This document shows, in pieces, positions 12,901-22,119 of a stretch of DNA of 64,000 nucleotides (the first letter of the stretch is position 1; each line of letters begins with the position of its first letter). Below the pieces are notes generated by a model. The model was not told where the DNA came from. It did not search any database and worked only from the letters and a program-made list of their open reading frames with translations. The stretch is from positions 150,618 through 214,617 of IMG/VR virus record IMGVR_UViG_3300008110_000030; one strand, 5' to 3'. The position numbers and the translations under genes are program-made.

Positions 12901-15900
12901 AAATCCTTGATAAAATTTATACTGACTTGACTCGTCAGGTATCAAAGAATTTAAATATGTTCTTGGAACATAACCTATTAATTTTTGTGCGTATTTTTGT
13001 TGACTGTTATCAAAGTTAACACTATCTAAACTATAGAATTCTTCAAACTGACTAATCTTATATTCAAAGTTAGGCAACAACTGTGCAACTGGTTGCTTGC
13101 CTAGTAGTGTCCAATCTTCATAATTAAAAAGTTCTCTAGCTAATGTGCGAGCTTTAGCTTGATAATATTTTGTTTGGTATCTAACAACATTTCCAATTTC
13201 ATAATCAATGTTAGGTTCCCAATCATTAATCTTGGCGCTGTCATATACAAATCCTGGAATGTAAAAATCACCCTTCCAGCCGTCTGTCATGAACCCTTTA
13301 ATTTTGAATCTCTTCTGTCTATATCCAGAAGTTGGTTCGTAAATTAGATCATTAAAAATTGTTTTATTGTCAAAAACTACAACGTGTTCTTTTTGTACTA
13401 GACTAATTTTTACAAAATAAACACCATCAGCCGTGCCAGCAGTATCAATAACAAAAGAACCTTCTTGTCTAGAAATTCTTACTTTGGTTCTATCAATAGT
13501 AGTACCATCTGCTTTTAGTAGAGTATAATCATAAAAACTATCGTATAGATCATCAACGACAGAATCTTCACTTGTAAAATAAATCTTTTCTGCAAAAGGA
13601 GAAAGACTGATTACTGAACTGGTAGACCAATTTTGTAGACTCCAGAATAAAAACTCTTTTCCTGCTAATTTCCAATCTGCAATTACATCTAGCTCTGGTA
13701 AAAGATTTTCAAATTTAAATCCTAAGGATTTAACTTGTTCGCCGTAACCAAGTATAAAATCAAATACATCTTGTATAGAATTATATTTTGTTCCATAAGG
13801 CACAATTGTATCAACGTCTTCAAAAGAATTTGGTACAAATGCTTCAACACCACCAATTGCTGGAAGGTAAGGAAGTGGATAATATAATCCTGGATCAAAT
13901 GCCTGCTTAGTCAAGTGAGTTGAAATTGCTCTATAATATTGTTGGCCGTTAGCAACTACTAGTCCAGCATTTACAGTGGCGTTTGCAGACCAATATATAA
14001 ATGGTTCAGTTGTTCCGCCTACAGATATTACAGGATCATTAGTAGCATGGATTGCTTTTTTAATTGTAAAATAAGGAGAGTTAGAATCATATCCTCTCAC
14101 CATATATCCAGCTTCTGTTCTTTCAACAATAATACCAGACATTGTTAAAGTTTTAGTAGGAGACCCTGTAGAAAGAACTAATTGATAGTTTTCTTCTGGG
14201 ACATACACTTTGTCAACTGTTTTATAAGATGTTACTGTTTCCAATGCAACTCTAAACTTATCCTTACTTGTAAATCCGCCAACTTTATAAATTAAGTTTG
14301 ATTGAATTCTATTTAGGTAGTTTTGTAATCTAAATGCTGGATTAGAAAATCTCTGTCTTAAATTTTCAACAATGTAAGGATGATAACCTGTTGCATAAAC
14401 AAAATTATTATCTATTGTATTTGAAAAAACCTTTAGTGCAGACGGACTCAGTCTTTCTAAAGAATCTTTATATACGATCTGATTAGCAATATTAAAGACA
14501 TTTCGTGAAGTGTCAAATCCTAAAGTTGCATACTTAGCTGGCATTATTAGCGCCATTGCTATTTGCACTGCAAAAGGATAGATATCACTTCTTCTCCAAG
14601 CAGTTTCTGCAGGACCCATATCACCAAATGACCAGTTAGTATATCTTGCAGAATAATCAAAATCTTTTACAGCATTGACTTGTAAAGGATCTTTTAAACT
14701 GCCGTATGAATCTACAGGGATAATATTAGACAGTCCTGGTCTTGCATATTTTTCATCATAGCCTTTTCTAACTCCATTTCGAATATATCCATATTCCAAA
14801 TCTTTCCACATAACATCATTACCAGATGTATACGGAGCAGGGCCGTATTCAGTTTCCCACCAAGTTGGCTTTTTATAGAAGCCTAACATTTCCCAAGGGC
14901 AGGTATGTGGTCTATCTGTATCGTAATGCTGTTTGTAAATTTTTCTCCAAGAGCCGGTGATAAATGCATTTCTATCAATTATGCCATTTGAATTTACGTA
15001 TTTGAATCCAAAGTTGTTTAGGTAAATTTCATTTTCGTTTGCTGTATAGTCAATACTATAGATACCAACCCATTTTAAAAATTCATCTTCAATAGATTGG
15101 TCAAATTGCTCAGACGTGTATCCAGTTTTTCTAAATATGCTAGGCAAAATTTCATTTACATCTAAAATTCTTGGATCGTATTCAACTTTTAAATTGTTGT
15201 AAATTCGTTTTTCTAACTCTAATAATAGTTGATCTCTGTCATCGCCAAAGCAAACTGTAACTGACCCGTCATGTCCTTGTATAACTGACGTTGGTTCAAT
15301 ATACGTGTCATCTAAGTAAATTGCTGGCTCAAAACTAGGATATAGTCCTAGTTTTGTTGGTGACATAGGCATCACTGCACCATGAATATTATTAAAAACT
15401 CTAATTAAAATCTCATCACTTACTGATAGTGTATTAACGAATCTAACTAACGGATTGTTTACATCAAAAGAATAATCTTTATCAATGGTCAACTGCTCTC
15501 CGTTAACATATACTAATATTGCCTTTTTGCCAAACAAAAATCTATCGTAAATTTCTGATCCATATGCATACGCCTTAATATTTGTATCGTTAACAGTGTA
15601 TGTATAATCTCGCTTGTTTAAGCCATACGGCAACATATCACTATAATAAAACATAGAAGCAGGAGTTTTATCTTTAGCAATACTTAAAATTATCTTATCT
15701 AATGCATCTGGAATATTAGCATACTCTGCTAATTCTGTAAATTTTTGTAATACTAAAATTTTATATCTTTGATATTCCAATGCAGACCAACGAATAGAAT
15801 GTATTAGATTATAATCTTTATTAGCTATTAGTGCGCCTGCCATTGCAACCAGACCGTCGTGTTGAACAAATCTTCTTCCGTATTTGTCCAAGTTTTCTAA

Positions 15901-18216
15901 ATCACGTAAATTATTTCTATCAATGGCAGTGTTTAAATCTTTTGATGCATTTAAAATAATAGAGTTTAAATGATCATTGATTTCAGCATAGCTTAAAAAT
16001 CCTGGGAATTCATTGGTTGGATTGTTTACTAAATTTATTGGGGTTTCATAATACCCATCTTCTTTTTTGTCGTACGTTGGTAGAGCTTTGACTACTATAA
16101 CATCGTTTTTGACTAATACAGTTGCTAACGTGATAAAGAAAGAGTCAAATGCTGTATCAATTCTAACGTCAAATTCAGTAGCGGTTAGTTTTTTTCCGTT
16201 CTTAAAAACTCGTACATTCTCTTTGGGAGTTCTAATATCAATACTGTCAAACTCAAATGCATCTTCGCCGCCAATTGCAATACGTTGATCGATAATTTCT
16301 TGGATTGATAGTTTATTACACTTTACCCAACCATTAACATAGTTGTTGTTTTCTTTTAAAAATCCGTTTTTAGTATTGCCTACTACCACTTGTCCATCAA
16401 CAAAATATTCAAACGCATCTTCTGATAAACAATTTTCAAATGTGTAACCGCCAACGTTTGACACAGTTTTGTAAACAAGAGGAAAGCCTAAAATACTGTC
16501 ATTGTTACCAACACCAATTTGATAGCCAAATACTCTAGAACCAGAAAAGTTTGTATCTTTATAGATATCGCTATTGGAGAAACTTGCACCATTTGAATCA
16601 AAGATATCAAACAATGGTGATTGATTAATATGTTCTTTTTGTTGTGACTTTATCCATTCACCATTTTTAAAAACCCAAGATGTTCTACCATTTTTAATAC
16701 CGCTAATAACAAGTAGTCCATCATCTAAATTTGGTAGTGAGTCTTCTGCCTCTTCTAAGTGAAGTTTCTTAACTCCGTTGATGTCAATAAACTGTACTTG
16801 ATAAATTTTATTCTTTACATCTAAGTCAGTGTCTGAAAGAAATACAATTCTATTGCCGTCTTCTAGTGCTTTTCCGTCAATATAATAGCCTAAAGAGCCT
16901 TCAATATTGCTAAAAGCGTCAGTAACTGTGTCATCTAAAAAATTAACATACTTTGTTATTTTAGAAAAATTAAACAGTTGCATATTTGGACGAAACTCAA
17001 TAATAGGACGTTGAGCTCTATCAAATGATGTAAATGTTGGATCAGTATTATTCAATAGGGAACTAGTGTTCACCACATCAATGTGGAACCATCTATTATA
17101 TCTACTCCATGGGTTTTTATCTTCACTTGCTCGATTAATCAAGATATAATCAGGGTTAACAGGATATTCTGAAACCTCATCAAAAGGTAACTCATCAAAT
17201 CCAGTATCATCAAAAGATGTTTCAACGATTGTTGAATAGCCTTCGATTGTAAGTAGACTATTGTAGTCAACCAGAGTGATACTGTTTCCTACTCCCTCAA
17301 CAATATAAGTTTTATCTCGATATTTTTCAGGAAACACTGTGTCTGAAAAAACAATCTTCATTCCATTTGACAAGTGTATTCCGTCTTTAATTTCGTAGGT
17401 CTTTTTACCTATAATTTCATTTTCAACATCTAGCTCTGTATTCTCTTTTTGGTCTCTAATTAAAAATCTGCCAAAAAGAGTGTTGTCATTTCCGTTGACA
17501 TAAAACAGTGTACTTGGTGTGCTTTCTACTACATTGAAAATAACTGAACCTGATGTTGCTCCGTTATTTTGTACTCCATCCCAAGAATCAACATCTCCAC
17601 TGCTTCTTTTATTTTTAATATAGAAAGACTGATCAACTGTATCAACTTCAAAGATGTAAGTAAATCCTCTGTACAAAGTAATTGTAGGATTAACTGCAAT
17701 TTCATTTGTGCTAAAATTCCAATTGTCATCAACAATTTTTACTTTAATTGTACTAGTAACTTCTTTTTCTTTTCCGCTAATTCTAACTGTCGCTGGACCG
17801 CTAGGTAACCAAACATAATTTCTAAAATTAACAAACTTGTCTAAATCAATAAAGGTATTCCAAGTATAACTCTGTTGTCTAAACAACTTATCTTGGTTAC
17901 GAATATCTGCACCAAAGTACTTTAAACTATTGATAATGTCTTCAAAAGTTTTGTTAAACTCTACTTGATCTGTTACTGAATTTTTTATTACAATACCTGG
18001 TTCTAACTCATAGCGGTTTCTTAAATCAGTACCCTCATTGATATAGGAGTCACTAGCTGGCTTATAGTTTCCAATAATTTTATCACCAATAAATCCGTCA
18101 ACCTTCTTTAATGTTGGTTTCTCAATTAATTGGTCTATCGTTCCAGTTAAGAATTTTTCGTTTGCATCTGTTCTAAAGATTACTGGAAGTAAGTCTACTG
18201 ATTTTCTTTTACTCAT
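3973..18216 (-). CDS. Giant 4747-aa virion/baseplate protein (gp7-like position) with beta-propeller-like and W-x-Y-x-D repeats
   Basis: Uninterrupted ORF directly after gp6. FG-GAP-like blades (FGHKVKF, FGSDIVS, FGDKLAMSADG, FGSNLALSDDG, YGTGIATDG), G.GY..P repeats, WEPNIDYEIGNVVRY and WASTTSYDVNDIVSF repeats, FDDTGFDELPFD motif. Confidence 0.7.
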   Translation of the reverse strand: MSKRKSVDLLPVIFRTDANEKFLTGTIDQLIEKPTLKKVDGFIGDKIIGNYKPASDSYINEGTDLRNRYELEPGIVIKNSVTDQVEFNKTFEDIINSLKYFGADIRNQDKLFRQQSYTWNTFIDLDKFVNFRNYVWLPSGPATVRISGKEKEVTSTIKVKIVDDNWNFSTNEIAVNPTITLYRGFTYIFEVDTVDQSFYIKNKRSSGDVDSWDGVQNNGATSGSVIFNVVESTPSTLFYVNGNDNTLFGRFLIRDQKENTELDVENEIIGKKTYEIKDGIHLSNGMKIVFSDTVFPEKYRDKTYIVEGVGNSITLVDYNSLLTIEGYSTIVETSFDDTGFDELPFDEVSEYPVNPDYILINRASEDKNPWSRYNRWFHIDVVNTSSLLNNTDPTFTSFDRAQRPIIEFRPNMQLFNFSKITKYVNFLDDTVTDAFSNIEGSLGYYIDGKALEDGNRIVFLSDTDLDVKNKIYQVQFIDINGVKKLHLEEAEDSLPNLDDGLLVISGIKNGRTSWVFKNGEWIKSQQKEHINQSPLFDIFDSNGASFSNSDIYKDTNFSGSRVFGYQIGVGNNDSILGFPLVYKTVSNVGGYTFENCLSEDAFEYFVDGQVVVGNTKNGFLKENNNYVNGWVKCNKLSIQEIIDQRIAIGGEDAFEFDSIDIRTPKENVRVFKNGKKLTATEFDVRIDTAFDSFFITLATVLVKNDVIVVKALPTYDKKEDGYYETPINLVNNPTNEFPGFLSYAEINDHLNSIILNASKDLNTAIDRNNLRDLENLDKYGRRFVQHDGLVAMAGALIANKDYNLIHSIRWSALEYQRYKILVLQKFTELAEYANIPDALDKIILSIAKDKTPASMFYYSDMLPYGLNKRDYTYTVNDTNIKAYAYGSEIYDRFLFGKKAILVYVNGEQLTIDKDYSFDVNNPLVRFVNTLSVSDEILIRVFNNIHGAVMPMSPTKLGLYPSFEPAIYLDDTYIEPTSVIQGHDGSVTVCFGDDRDQLLLELEKRIYNNLKVEYDPRILDVNEILPSIFRKTGYTSEQFDQSIEDEFLKWVGIYSIDYTANENEIYLNNFGFKYVNSNGIIDRNAFITGSWRKIYKQHYDTDRPHTCPWEMLGFYKKPTWWETEYGPAPYTSGNDVMWKDLEYGYIRNGVRKGYDEKYARPGLSNIIPVDSYGSLKDPLQVNAVKDFDYSARYTNWSFGDMGPAETAWRRSDIYPFAVQIAMALIMPAKYATLGFDTSRNVFNIANQIVYKDSLERLSPSALKVFSNTIDNNFVYATGYHPYIVENLRQRFSNPAFRLQNYLNRIQSNLIYKVGGFTSKDKFRVALETVTSYKTVDKVYVPEENYQLVLSTGSPTKTLTMSGIIVERTEAGYMVRGYDSNSPYFTIKKAIHATNDPVISVGGTTEPFIYWSANATVNAGLVVANGQQYYRAISTHLTKQAFDPGLYYPLPYLPAIGGVEAFVPNSFEDVDTIVPYGTKYNSIQDVFDFILGYGEQVKSLGFKFENLLPELDVIADWKLAGKEFLFWSLQNWSTSSVISLSPFAEKIYFTSEDSVVDDLYDSFYDYTLLKADGTTIDRTKVRISRQEGSFVIDTAGTADGVYFVKISLVQKEHVVVFDNKTIFNDLIYEPTSGYRQKRFKIKGFMTDGWKGDFYIPGFVYDSAKINDWEPNIDYEIGNVVRYQTKYYQAKARTLARELFNYEDWTLLGKQPVAQLLPNFEYKISQFEEFYSLDSVNFDNSQQKYAQKLIGYVPRTYLNSLIPDESSQYKFYQGFIREKGTTLPLEKFAVANNTATGAHISLQEEWAIRLGTFGGENSYEEIEFTLDQNKINQDPQIFEFEYNNLKSSLDKAYKVSLSDMQIRPADYNGQPWPTLDVSPVNGNGYSQYQKIPTAGYVRLDDVVFTGLYENNILTLSSSASLREGDTVWLAIDNSGNWGVKRYTLSPVTIINYTVDNANNLISFNTDVAHKLKLRDFVSISRLDDPLNGVYEVLGIPDGTTFVVKTAFNDIPTAGEILNGSMYYFASSRFANLDDLASIPGLARWQNCEFVWVDNVGDGTWAVLEKEANTKALPIRPRINQSGQKFGNTTIIAPVSKNIIVSATELERGRVYVYERNALGSEDVILHQSYLLEENFSDILTIQDVKNGVAIPEIQRLHGASLDCWENTSLTIRYIVSGAPNSSNAKWKVLGQALDPIKKVLDFNKSSSELFDEGAIKIVKFNNDLDEYRTEVVLASPIAQEGANFGHKVKFVGSDKPTLLVSSPGQDGGIGAIFVYYLDSSNVWQVYTVGGNPYNLRSAVTDVNSKSNFGSDIVSNKNGTVLAVSAPGHLKDRTQVHSGAVFIFRKDPGSYSYQLTQTIYADDYLESNDLLLKGVIKSYNTIAQIISFQASDNSIVRNNGSFIADGFRIGQSVIIAGSTNAGNSGEFVISELSVLRMAFKPLRSLTDETATTTITITGQGTIRNDRFGDKLAMSADGTALLISSDHSSTEKLDAGLVYVLKLQTNASYALDQKITSPATETGELFGSNLALSDDGKTLLVTAIGGGQATPVAFDTYTERYTDSAQRYGSEYVLNPTSAAAPLRTTFDTGSTRFVSKAQSSGAVYLYQKLGNKYVFGESLISGDSASFDGYGTGIATDGEFMLVGAPKYDLKVIGTLEDSNQLTTYTDSGTVVIFDKKRDIDQACGCGSSWSWSKVRVQEAIIDVDKIKKVISYNNSTLEIIDHYEIYDPIKGKLPSKVLNEIKYIQPFDPAVYTVALETSAKVRVDNKTTWLDDHVGEVWLDTSTLRFVWYEQGNNEFRANNWGKLFPGSTVDVYEWVKSDFRPSEWAQLADTTDGLALGVSGQPLNPDNTVLSINQYYDPVVNDFVNVYYFWVRNKITLPDLAFRNLSSFDCARIIEDPKGQGIKFASFLATNSLSLTNAKKSLNGDKINIDVYYQTSEKEINRHSHWQLVNENVTYLNLDPSIENKLIDSLVGQDVAGNPVPDPTLSPKLRYGTSYRPRQSWFKDRDLALKIMIEYVNEVLRKHDIVGKSNITSLEEVEDYPSISLGHYDEVIELSDEISLIGTNGKAQTKLSAEVINGRIVSVNIDDPGNGYKVAPTVRIYGDGQGATIQTAIDLNGRVVSVRIVNQGYGYTQIPKLIARPYAVLTILDTEIDKWAIYQYKNKAFVRESTQTVNVPKYWSYIDWVDPSYAVDVPATYAINFISDLESFIFETGSTVEIRTPGDGRKIILRKTAPGIGNYLDDYDLVFRENGTVQFNNKLYDKAAAGLGFDNVTRYDQGGFDETNTTELRIILNAIKDNIFTGDLASYWKKFVFVAVRHVLSEQLFVDWVYKTSFITPLVDAGTLDQDDVYRFNDFSYVEDFIKEIKPYKSKFRESTVSYNTTEKMGVGVTDFDLPAYVDSVTGKIKLPTSSMINNVYPYKHWGENYGFTVSDIRVGLAGENYITPPIVTIVPVSGDTGTGATAIAKISNGKLSSIIVTNPGSGYLTTPRVILTGGSNYLTNFVNGSAYAVLSNSKVRTNQIQMKFDRTSDKGLYTGEILNRNLDTDGITLNYVLAYPSTSTDTNYPALQDESTIKLFLNDAEISADNYRITFRNDLSTVITFNLALPARQNLRIQYIKNTLYTVDTFTQSSGESYTDTFKLTFPPELDTDKIIVRELNSSTNTGSEIITSDYLIQLRQVVETGFTKYVGYINFKNIPTPGSTITVQYAKNINIQNAVDRIITSYYPTANMPGKDVTQLIKGVEFGGVEIQGLNFSVSSGWDGLPWFTQGWDTFVNSYKDLLVISNGTTSTYELGYTPLLGTKINVYFDGVRVDDENYGTVNQTNNDALFNTITTNGSTSTLTLPQVPVTGTKIEIRQELSDGVNLPTDDIVLDTNITGGDFSTISDAGEIRFRTATGLSATDISLDGGEFLSVEHSPSTEELVKGEIFDTLSMTVFNSPGAGSNLISTKQFIMDGSTMQFVIQDTIGSGQEIFVLIGNFVAKENTDYTLTANSNGTTTVEIITTEYGVDQLSTTNTLALTVQKTTIGGNSILSRFSYTVTSANAGASSFEILSEVNYQDIGSYYISISNTSSLTKVAGRSKRAKIIITNTPTLTAGTVINILLFGSTVKTYSEIYNQEIVIDNNTTYTLTKPPGNIAPLHVMAAVTRLTSSTEDWKGPWEENVYYVINDTVLYNNVSYICKIGHTSTQTNSNLEFSAWASTTSYDVNDIVSFSGQYYICKVTHTSNTTTLTPDNIVYWGAHITNRPDEDTARIYWGLAPTQRMMPPETEYYEVTQNSQTFRLGENIPYLTRTLSISDIEVYKNGKIIVVGRDYEFDTIDNTVTMSSGVAQVGDVIAVCILRDSDYVIFGNQITFRSPSKIQAGQRVSVVTYTNHDENLIRREVFKTNPNRNEYKLSRPVYNINNVWVDVNGRPLIPNYDYQVVDRDYIQISNRFNLGNNDRVVVTSISDIVSSEAVSYRMFKDMTNAVQFKRLSKNSTVTLTKALLSTDREIEVSDTSIFGVVNVNNPKPSSIFVAGERIEFRSIVGNKLTNLTRGTLGTGVADSYPIGTKVFNVGNNETIPYREGYTIKTYKTPENYKFNQTTNRYQQYVNGNWVNVTTVASYTLTDFSFNEAIGLEDQVTVYMAGKILTKPVRGTNQLIRHDFSITHNSNEVNSQNQTGDLIVAPDFTITKVGNNYVLTVNPSVLNLADDSTVISNVDIKVVQKIGKIWYTLGGTTTIQQESTPQARFLQEFTAELPDKYYYGKLS

Positions 18217-18219
18217 TTT

Positions 18220-21200
18220 TTATCCATTACTAGAAACGACAATTGGGCCATTAGTTTTAATAAGTCCTGATGTTACTGTATTAATTATTTCTAATTCACC
18301 TACGTCAGCTGTACTTAAGAATATTTCATCAGCTTGACAAAATACTTGAAATAAACTACCAAAATATTTTTCTGGGGCACTTGGTACGATTAAAAAGTTA
18401 ACCACATCTGGGCTTAATTGTTTAATAACGTATGCGCTCAATTCACCAAAGTTAAATGTATCTCCAAAATCCCAGTTGTCTAAACTGAAGTATTCATTGA
18501 TTGCAACAATAACTCTAGACTTTATATCGTTGTCATTAGTTACAGATCTTGGATTTTTAACGATGAAAAATTTTGCTTGCAAATCTACGTTAGCGCCAGT
18601 ACCAAACAATAACTTGTATTTGGCTGGATGATAAACTACCTCGTCACTGATTGACTTAACTGAGTTTATACCTGAACTAAACTGTTCAAATAATTCGTTT
18701 GAACTAGGAGCTTTTGGTGGCTCGCCATCTTGAGTTAGCAACCAAGAACGTAATAGATCATCATAATTTTTTGTTAGCAAATATACATCAATAATGTTGG
18801 TCTTACAAGGATCAATTCTAAAATCTTGACTTGCAGTGTGTACATATTGGAATGTTAATCCTGATCGTCCTGGATAAGCAACTATACTATTATCTAATAC
18901 TAAGCTGTAAGAGCTATCTAAAACTTTAACAACATTTTCTGTAATAGAATAGAAATAAAACACTTGTCCTGGTTGATAATTGTTTAAATTAGCAACATCT
19001 AATTCACTATTAAATGTTGCAACTAACGAACTATCAAGAATTTTTTTGTAAATTTGATCATTAAGTTGTACACTTTGGATAAACACAAAAGAGCGTTTAG
19101 TTCCAATAATTGGGTCAATTAGATCAGGTTTAACAACATTATCAAAGGAATCTGGATCATCAACAATTCCGTCTCCAGTTTCATCTGAAAAGGAAATATT
19201 GATTCGATTGTTATCTAAATATCCATCAGCATTTGAAATCATATTAGTAATTTCAAATTTAAAATCTGAACCCAATGCTAAGCCTGTTTCAAGATCTTCA
19301 TTGATTGACATCACTGAAATATAATCAGTTGCATTGCCGCCCAACTTACTGGTATATTTTTTATCCTGTTCATTGAAATAAAAACTTATTTCTTTTTCAC
19401 TTTGAAATATGTATTCTAATCCTCGGTAATATACAATTACGTTATCACCATCATTTTTAAAAGCAATTAACCAACTAGCATCTAAACCTAAATTACTAAT
19501 GTCGCCTGAGTAAGTTGGGCTAAAAGTGCTAGAGTAATCAAGATTATTAGAATTAATAATTTTCCACTCACCAAGAGTTCTATCATATCTTAATCCAAAA
19601 TCTCTTCTTAAAGAAATTTGATTAACTATTTCAGTTTCAAAAGCAAACGGAATATCTGTAACAAATACAGGAATGACTTCTACGGGAATAGCACCACTTG
19701 GTACTGGCGTAGTAATTCCAATAAGTCCTACTCCAAGATCATCAGTGCCTGTGCCTAAATTGCTACCGTCACCAGATGTATAAGATACTTCAGTCCAAAT
19801 ATAATCTTTAGTATTCTTAGTCTTAATTGATGTTATAGTATTATTAGGGGCAAAATATTTTCCTGTTGGAGGGGCAAATTTTACAAGTGCTTCTGATTTA
19901 ATATAACGCAATGTTGATTGTGTGTATTGTCCAATACCAACTGCTTGTAATGTTGCATTGCTTTTAAAATAACCTGTTGCAAGGTTAGGCAACACTGACA
20001 CGTTCTGCCAGCTGGCTCCAATCTCACCTATTTGTAATCTATCAAATTGTTGATAATAGAAATCTCTTGTTGACTCTTTTGCAAGCAACGGTTCAATAAC
20101 AGTTTTCATAATACCAAACACTTCGTTTTTAGTATTAAATTTAAAGTTGAAGCTTGTTGTATAATCATTCCTATACAGTGCGCCATCTGTACCAAACAAA
20201 TTAATTGAGCTAGAACGACCTGTTGGATCAGTTAATTCAAAATATCTACTGATGCCAGAAGATGTTCTGTTAACTGCTTTGACTTTAACAACTTGTTGGT
20301 TGTTTGTTAAAGGAACAATATTATAATCTTCCCCAGTAATCATTCTATTTTGTGTATAGTATACTTGTGGAGCCTTTTGTTTAATACTGTCATTAGTTTC
20401 TGATGCGGCGCTATTTGATACACTGCCCTTCAGTCCTAAATTCATAGTCAATGTTTGTGCTTGACCATCTCTGTTTATAAAAGGGAATCTAATTTGTACA
20501 TTGTCTAAATCTTGTGGACTAATCACATAACTTAAACCATTACTTGTTCTATAATAGAGTCTAAAATTTCCGTTAGGAAGTTTACCAAAAACGCCATCGC
20601 TGAAGTTTAGATCAATTTGATCGTTTTCTCTTGTATTAACACTATAAAAACTTTTAACTTTATTTTTTACACTGTTGTAAATTGCATTAGTGCCTGTAAC
20701 GCTATCTAATTTTGTCCACAAATTTGACAAAGTATTATTGGCATCAATTTCATATAGCCAAACATCTGTATCGTTAATATTTTGAATATCAACGCCCACT
20801 ATTTCATTAGCTACTGGGTTTGTTAAAGAGAAGTCAGAATTTTGTAGTGTACCTTCTTTAAACATAACAAACCAACCACTGTTGGCACTAGAGCTTCCTT
20901 TGTTATCATTTCTGTACATTACACCAAACGTCCCGCCTAATGTTGGGGGCTCTTCTCCAATGTCAGTTCTATTAATAATGCTAGAACTTACAAGTTCAAA
21001 TGACATTGGAATTCCTCCAATTGTTTTACTAAATGTAAACAATGGCACATCTGTTGTATTTGTTCTTAAATTATATTGTTCTGTAGGGATACTATTAATT
21101 GATCTGCTAGCATTTGGCTTTCCAAAAACAGCAGTATCCATTGCAGAGTTCATCACTAATGTAAACTGTGAATACCAATCTCTGTTTGTTGTGTCGTTCC

Positions 21201-21630
21201 AAGAAATAACTCTATTTGCAAGGTTTGTTCCGTTAGAATCAACAAGATTATCTGTTGTACTTACAGAGTTGACTTTTAATAATCCCTTAGCAGATTGCGT
21301 TCTTTTAGGATTATAACTAATCAACTTTGCCAGTTTTAAAATACTGTCTCGTCTTTGTGCAGTGTCTAAAAAGTTTTCACGTGCATTTAAGTCAATGCGG
21401 AAGCTCAAACTTTGCGCTAGAAACGCAATCATGTCTATTAGAGCAACATATTCACTGCTGTCAATGTAGTCGTTAAAACTTTCAGGGAAGTTTTGACGAA
21501 GGTACTCAATCATACTACGACGAATCGTCTCAAAATCGTAGGATTTAAAGTCGGCATTTTGGAACGTTTGATAAATCTTCGTCCAATCCTCGCCAACTAA
21601 TAAATTATTTTGTCTTTCTGTGCTAGCCAT
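18220..21630 (-). CDS. gp6: Baseplate wedge subunit, T4 gp6-like
   Basis: YDFETIRRSMIEYLRQNFPESFNDY...LIDMIAF...ARENFLDTAQRRDSILKLAKLISYNP and ETNDSIKQKAP...QNRMITGEDY motifs; follows gp25. Confidence 0.85.
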   Translation of the reverse strand: MASTERQNNLLVGEDWTKIYQTFQNADFKSYDFETIRRSMIEYLRQNFPESFNDYIDSSEYVALIDMIAFLAQSLSFRIDLNARENFLDTAQRRDSILKLAKLISYNPKRTQSAKGLLKVNSVSTTDNLVDSNGTNLANRVISWNDTTNRDWYSQFTLVMNSAMDTAVFGKPNASRSINSIPTEQYNLRTNTTDVPLFTFSKTIGGIPMSFELVSSSIINRTDIGEEPPTLGGTFGVMYRNDNKGSSSANSGWFVMFKEGTLQNSDFSLTNPVANEIVGVDIQNINDTDVWLYEIDANNTLSNLWTKLDSVTGTNAIYNSVKNKVKSFYSVNTRENDQIDLNFSDGVFGKLPNGNFRLYYRTSNGLSYVISPQDLDNVQIRFPFINRDGQAQTLTMNLGLKGSVSNSAASETNDSIKQKAPQVYYTQNRMITGEDYNIVPLTNNQQVVKVKAVNRTSSGISRYFELTDPTGRSSSINLFGTDGALYRNDYTTSFNFKFNTKNEVFGIMKTVIEPLLAKESTRDFYYQQFDRLQIGEIGASWQNVSVLPNLATGYFKSNATLQAVGIGQYTQSTLRYIKSEALVKFAPPTGKYFAPNNTITSIKTKNTKDYIWTEVSYTSGDGSNLGTGTDDLGVGLIGITTPVPSGAIPVEVIPVFVTDIPFAFETEIVNQISLRRDFGLRYDRTLGEWKIINSNNLDYSSTFSPTYSGDISNLGLDASWLIAFKNDGDNVIVYYRGLEYIFQSEKEISFYFNEQDKKYTSKLGGNATDYISVMSINEDLETGLALGSDFKFEITNMISNADGYLDNNRINISFSDETGDGIVDDPDSFDNVVKPDLIDPIIGTKRSFVFIQSVQLNDQIYKKILDSSLVATFNSELDVANLNNYQPGQVFYFYSITENVVKVLDSSYSLVLDNSIVAYPGRSGLTFQYVHTASQDFRIDPCKTNIIDVYLLTKNYDDLLRSWLLTQDGEPPKAPSSNELFEQFSSGINSVKSISDEVVYHPAKYKLLFGTGANVDLQAKFFIVKNPRSVTNDNDIKSRVIVAINEYFSLDNWDFGDTFNFGELSAYVIKQLSPDVVNFLIVPSAPEKYFGSLFQVFCQADEIFLSTADVGELEIINTVTSGLIKTNGPIVVSSNG

Positions 21631-21653
21631 TCTTCGTCAATCTCCGATATTCA

Positions 21654-21661
21654 TATTTATC
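21654..21661 (-). promoter_or_regulatory. Late promoter motif GATAAATA
   Basis: Intergenic, 23 nt upstream of the gp6 start. Confidence 0.6.
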
Positions 21662-21684
21662 GTAATTAAAATATGCTTACTTAA

Positions 21685-22119
21685 TTACTCAGTGATCAAA
21701 CCTAATTCTTTGTCAAAGGTCAGTTTAAGAACAGATGACAAATTATTTGTTTGATATCTCAATGTTATTTCTAATAATATTCCACTTTGAAACTCATCAA
21801 CCTTGATATCTTCAGCAATGACTCTCGGATCGCTTTGAATAATCTGTTTGATATCATCTGATATTGAATTTCTAAGGTCTTCAGTTAATGGTTCAAAAAT
21901 GGCGTCCCATATGATAGTACCGTAGTTTGGGTTCATCACTCGTTCACCTTTTCTTGTATTAAAATGATTTATGATGTCCTGTCTAATACATTCAATGTCG
22001 TAAGTTTTAAAATTTTGTGAAGCTTTTGCACTGCTGAATCCTTTATAAATGTGTGCAGTACGCACCCCATAATTCATAGTTGTAGCAGTTGGTTTTATTA
22101 CTAATTTTTTAATAGCCAT
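21685..22119 (-). CDS. gp25: Baseplate wedge/sheath initiator, gp25-like
   Basis: DIECIRQDIINHFNTRKGERVMNPNYGTIIWDAIFEP...DPRV, the gp25/GPW signature. Confidence 0.9.
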   Translation of the reverse strand: MAIKKLVIKPTATTMNYGVRTAHIYKGFSSAKASQNFKTYDIECIRQDIINHFNTRKGERVMNPNYGTIIWDAIFEPLTEDLRNSISDDIKQIIQSDPRVIAEDIKVDEFQSGILLEITLRYQTNNLSSVLKLTFDKELGLITE

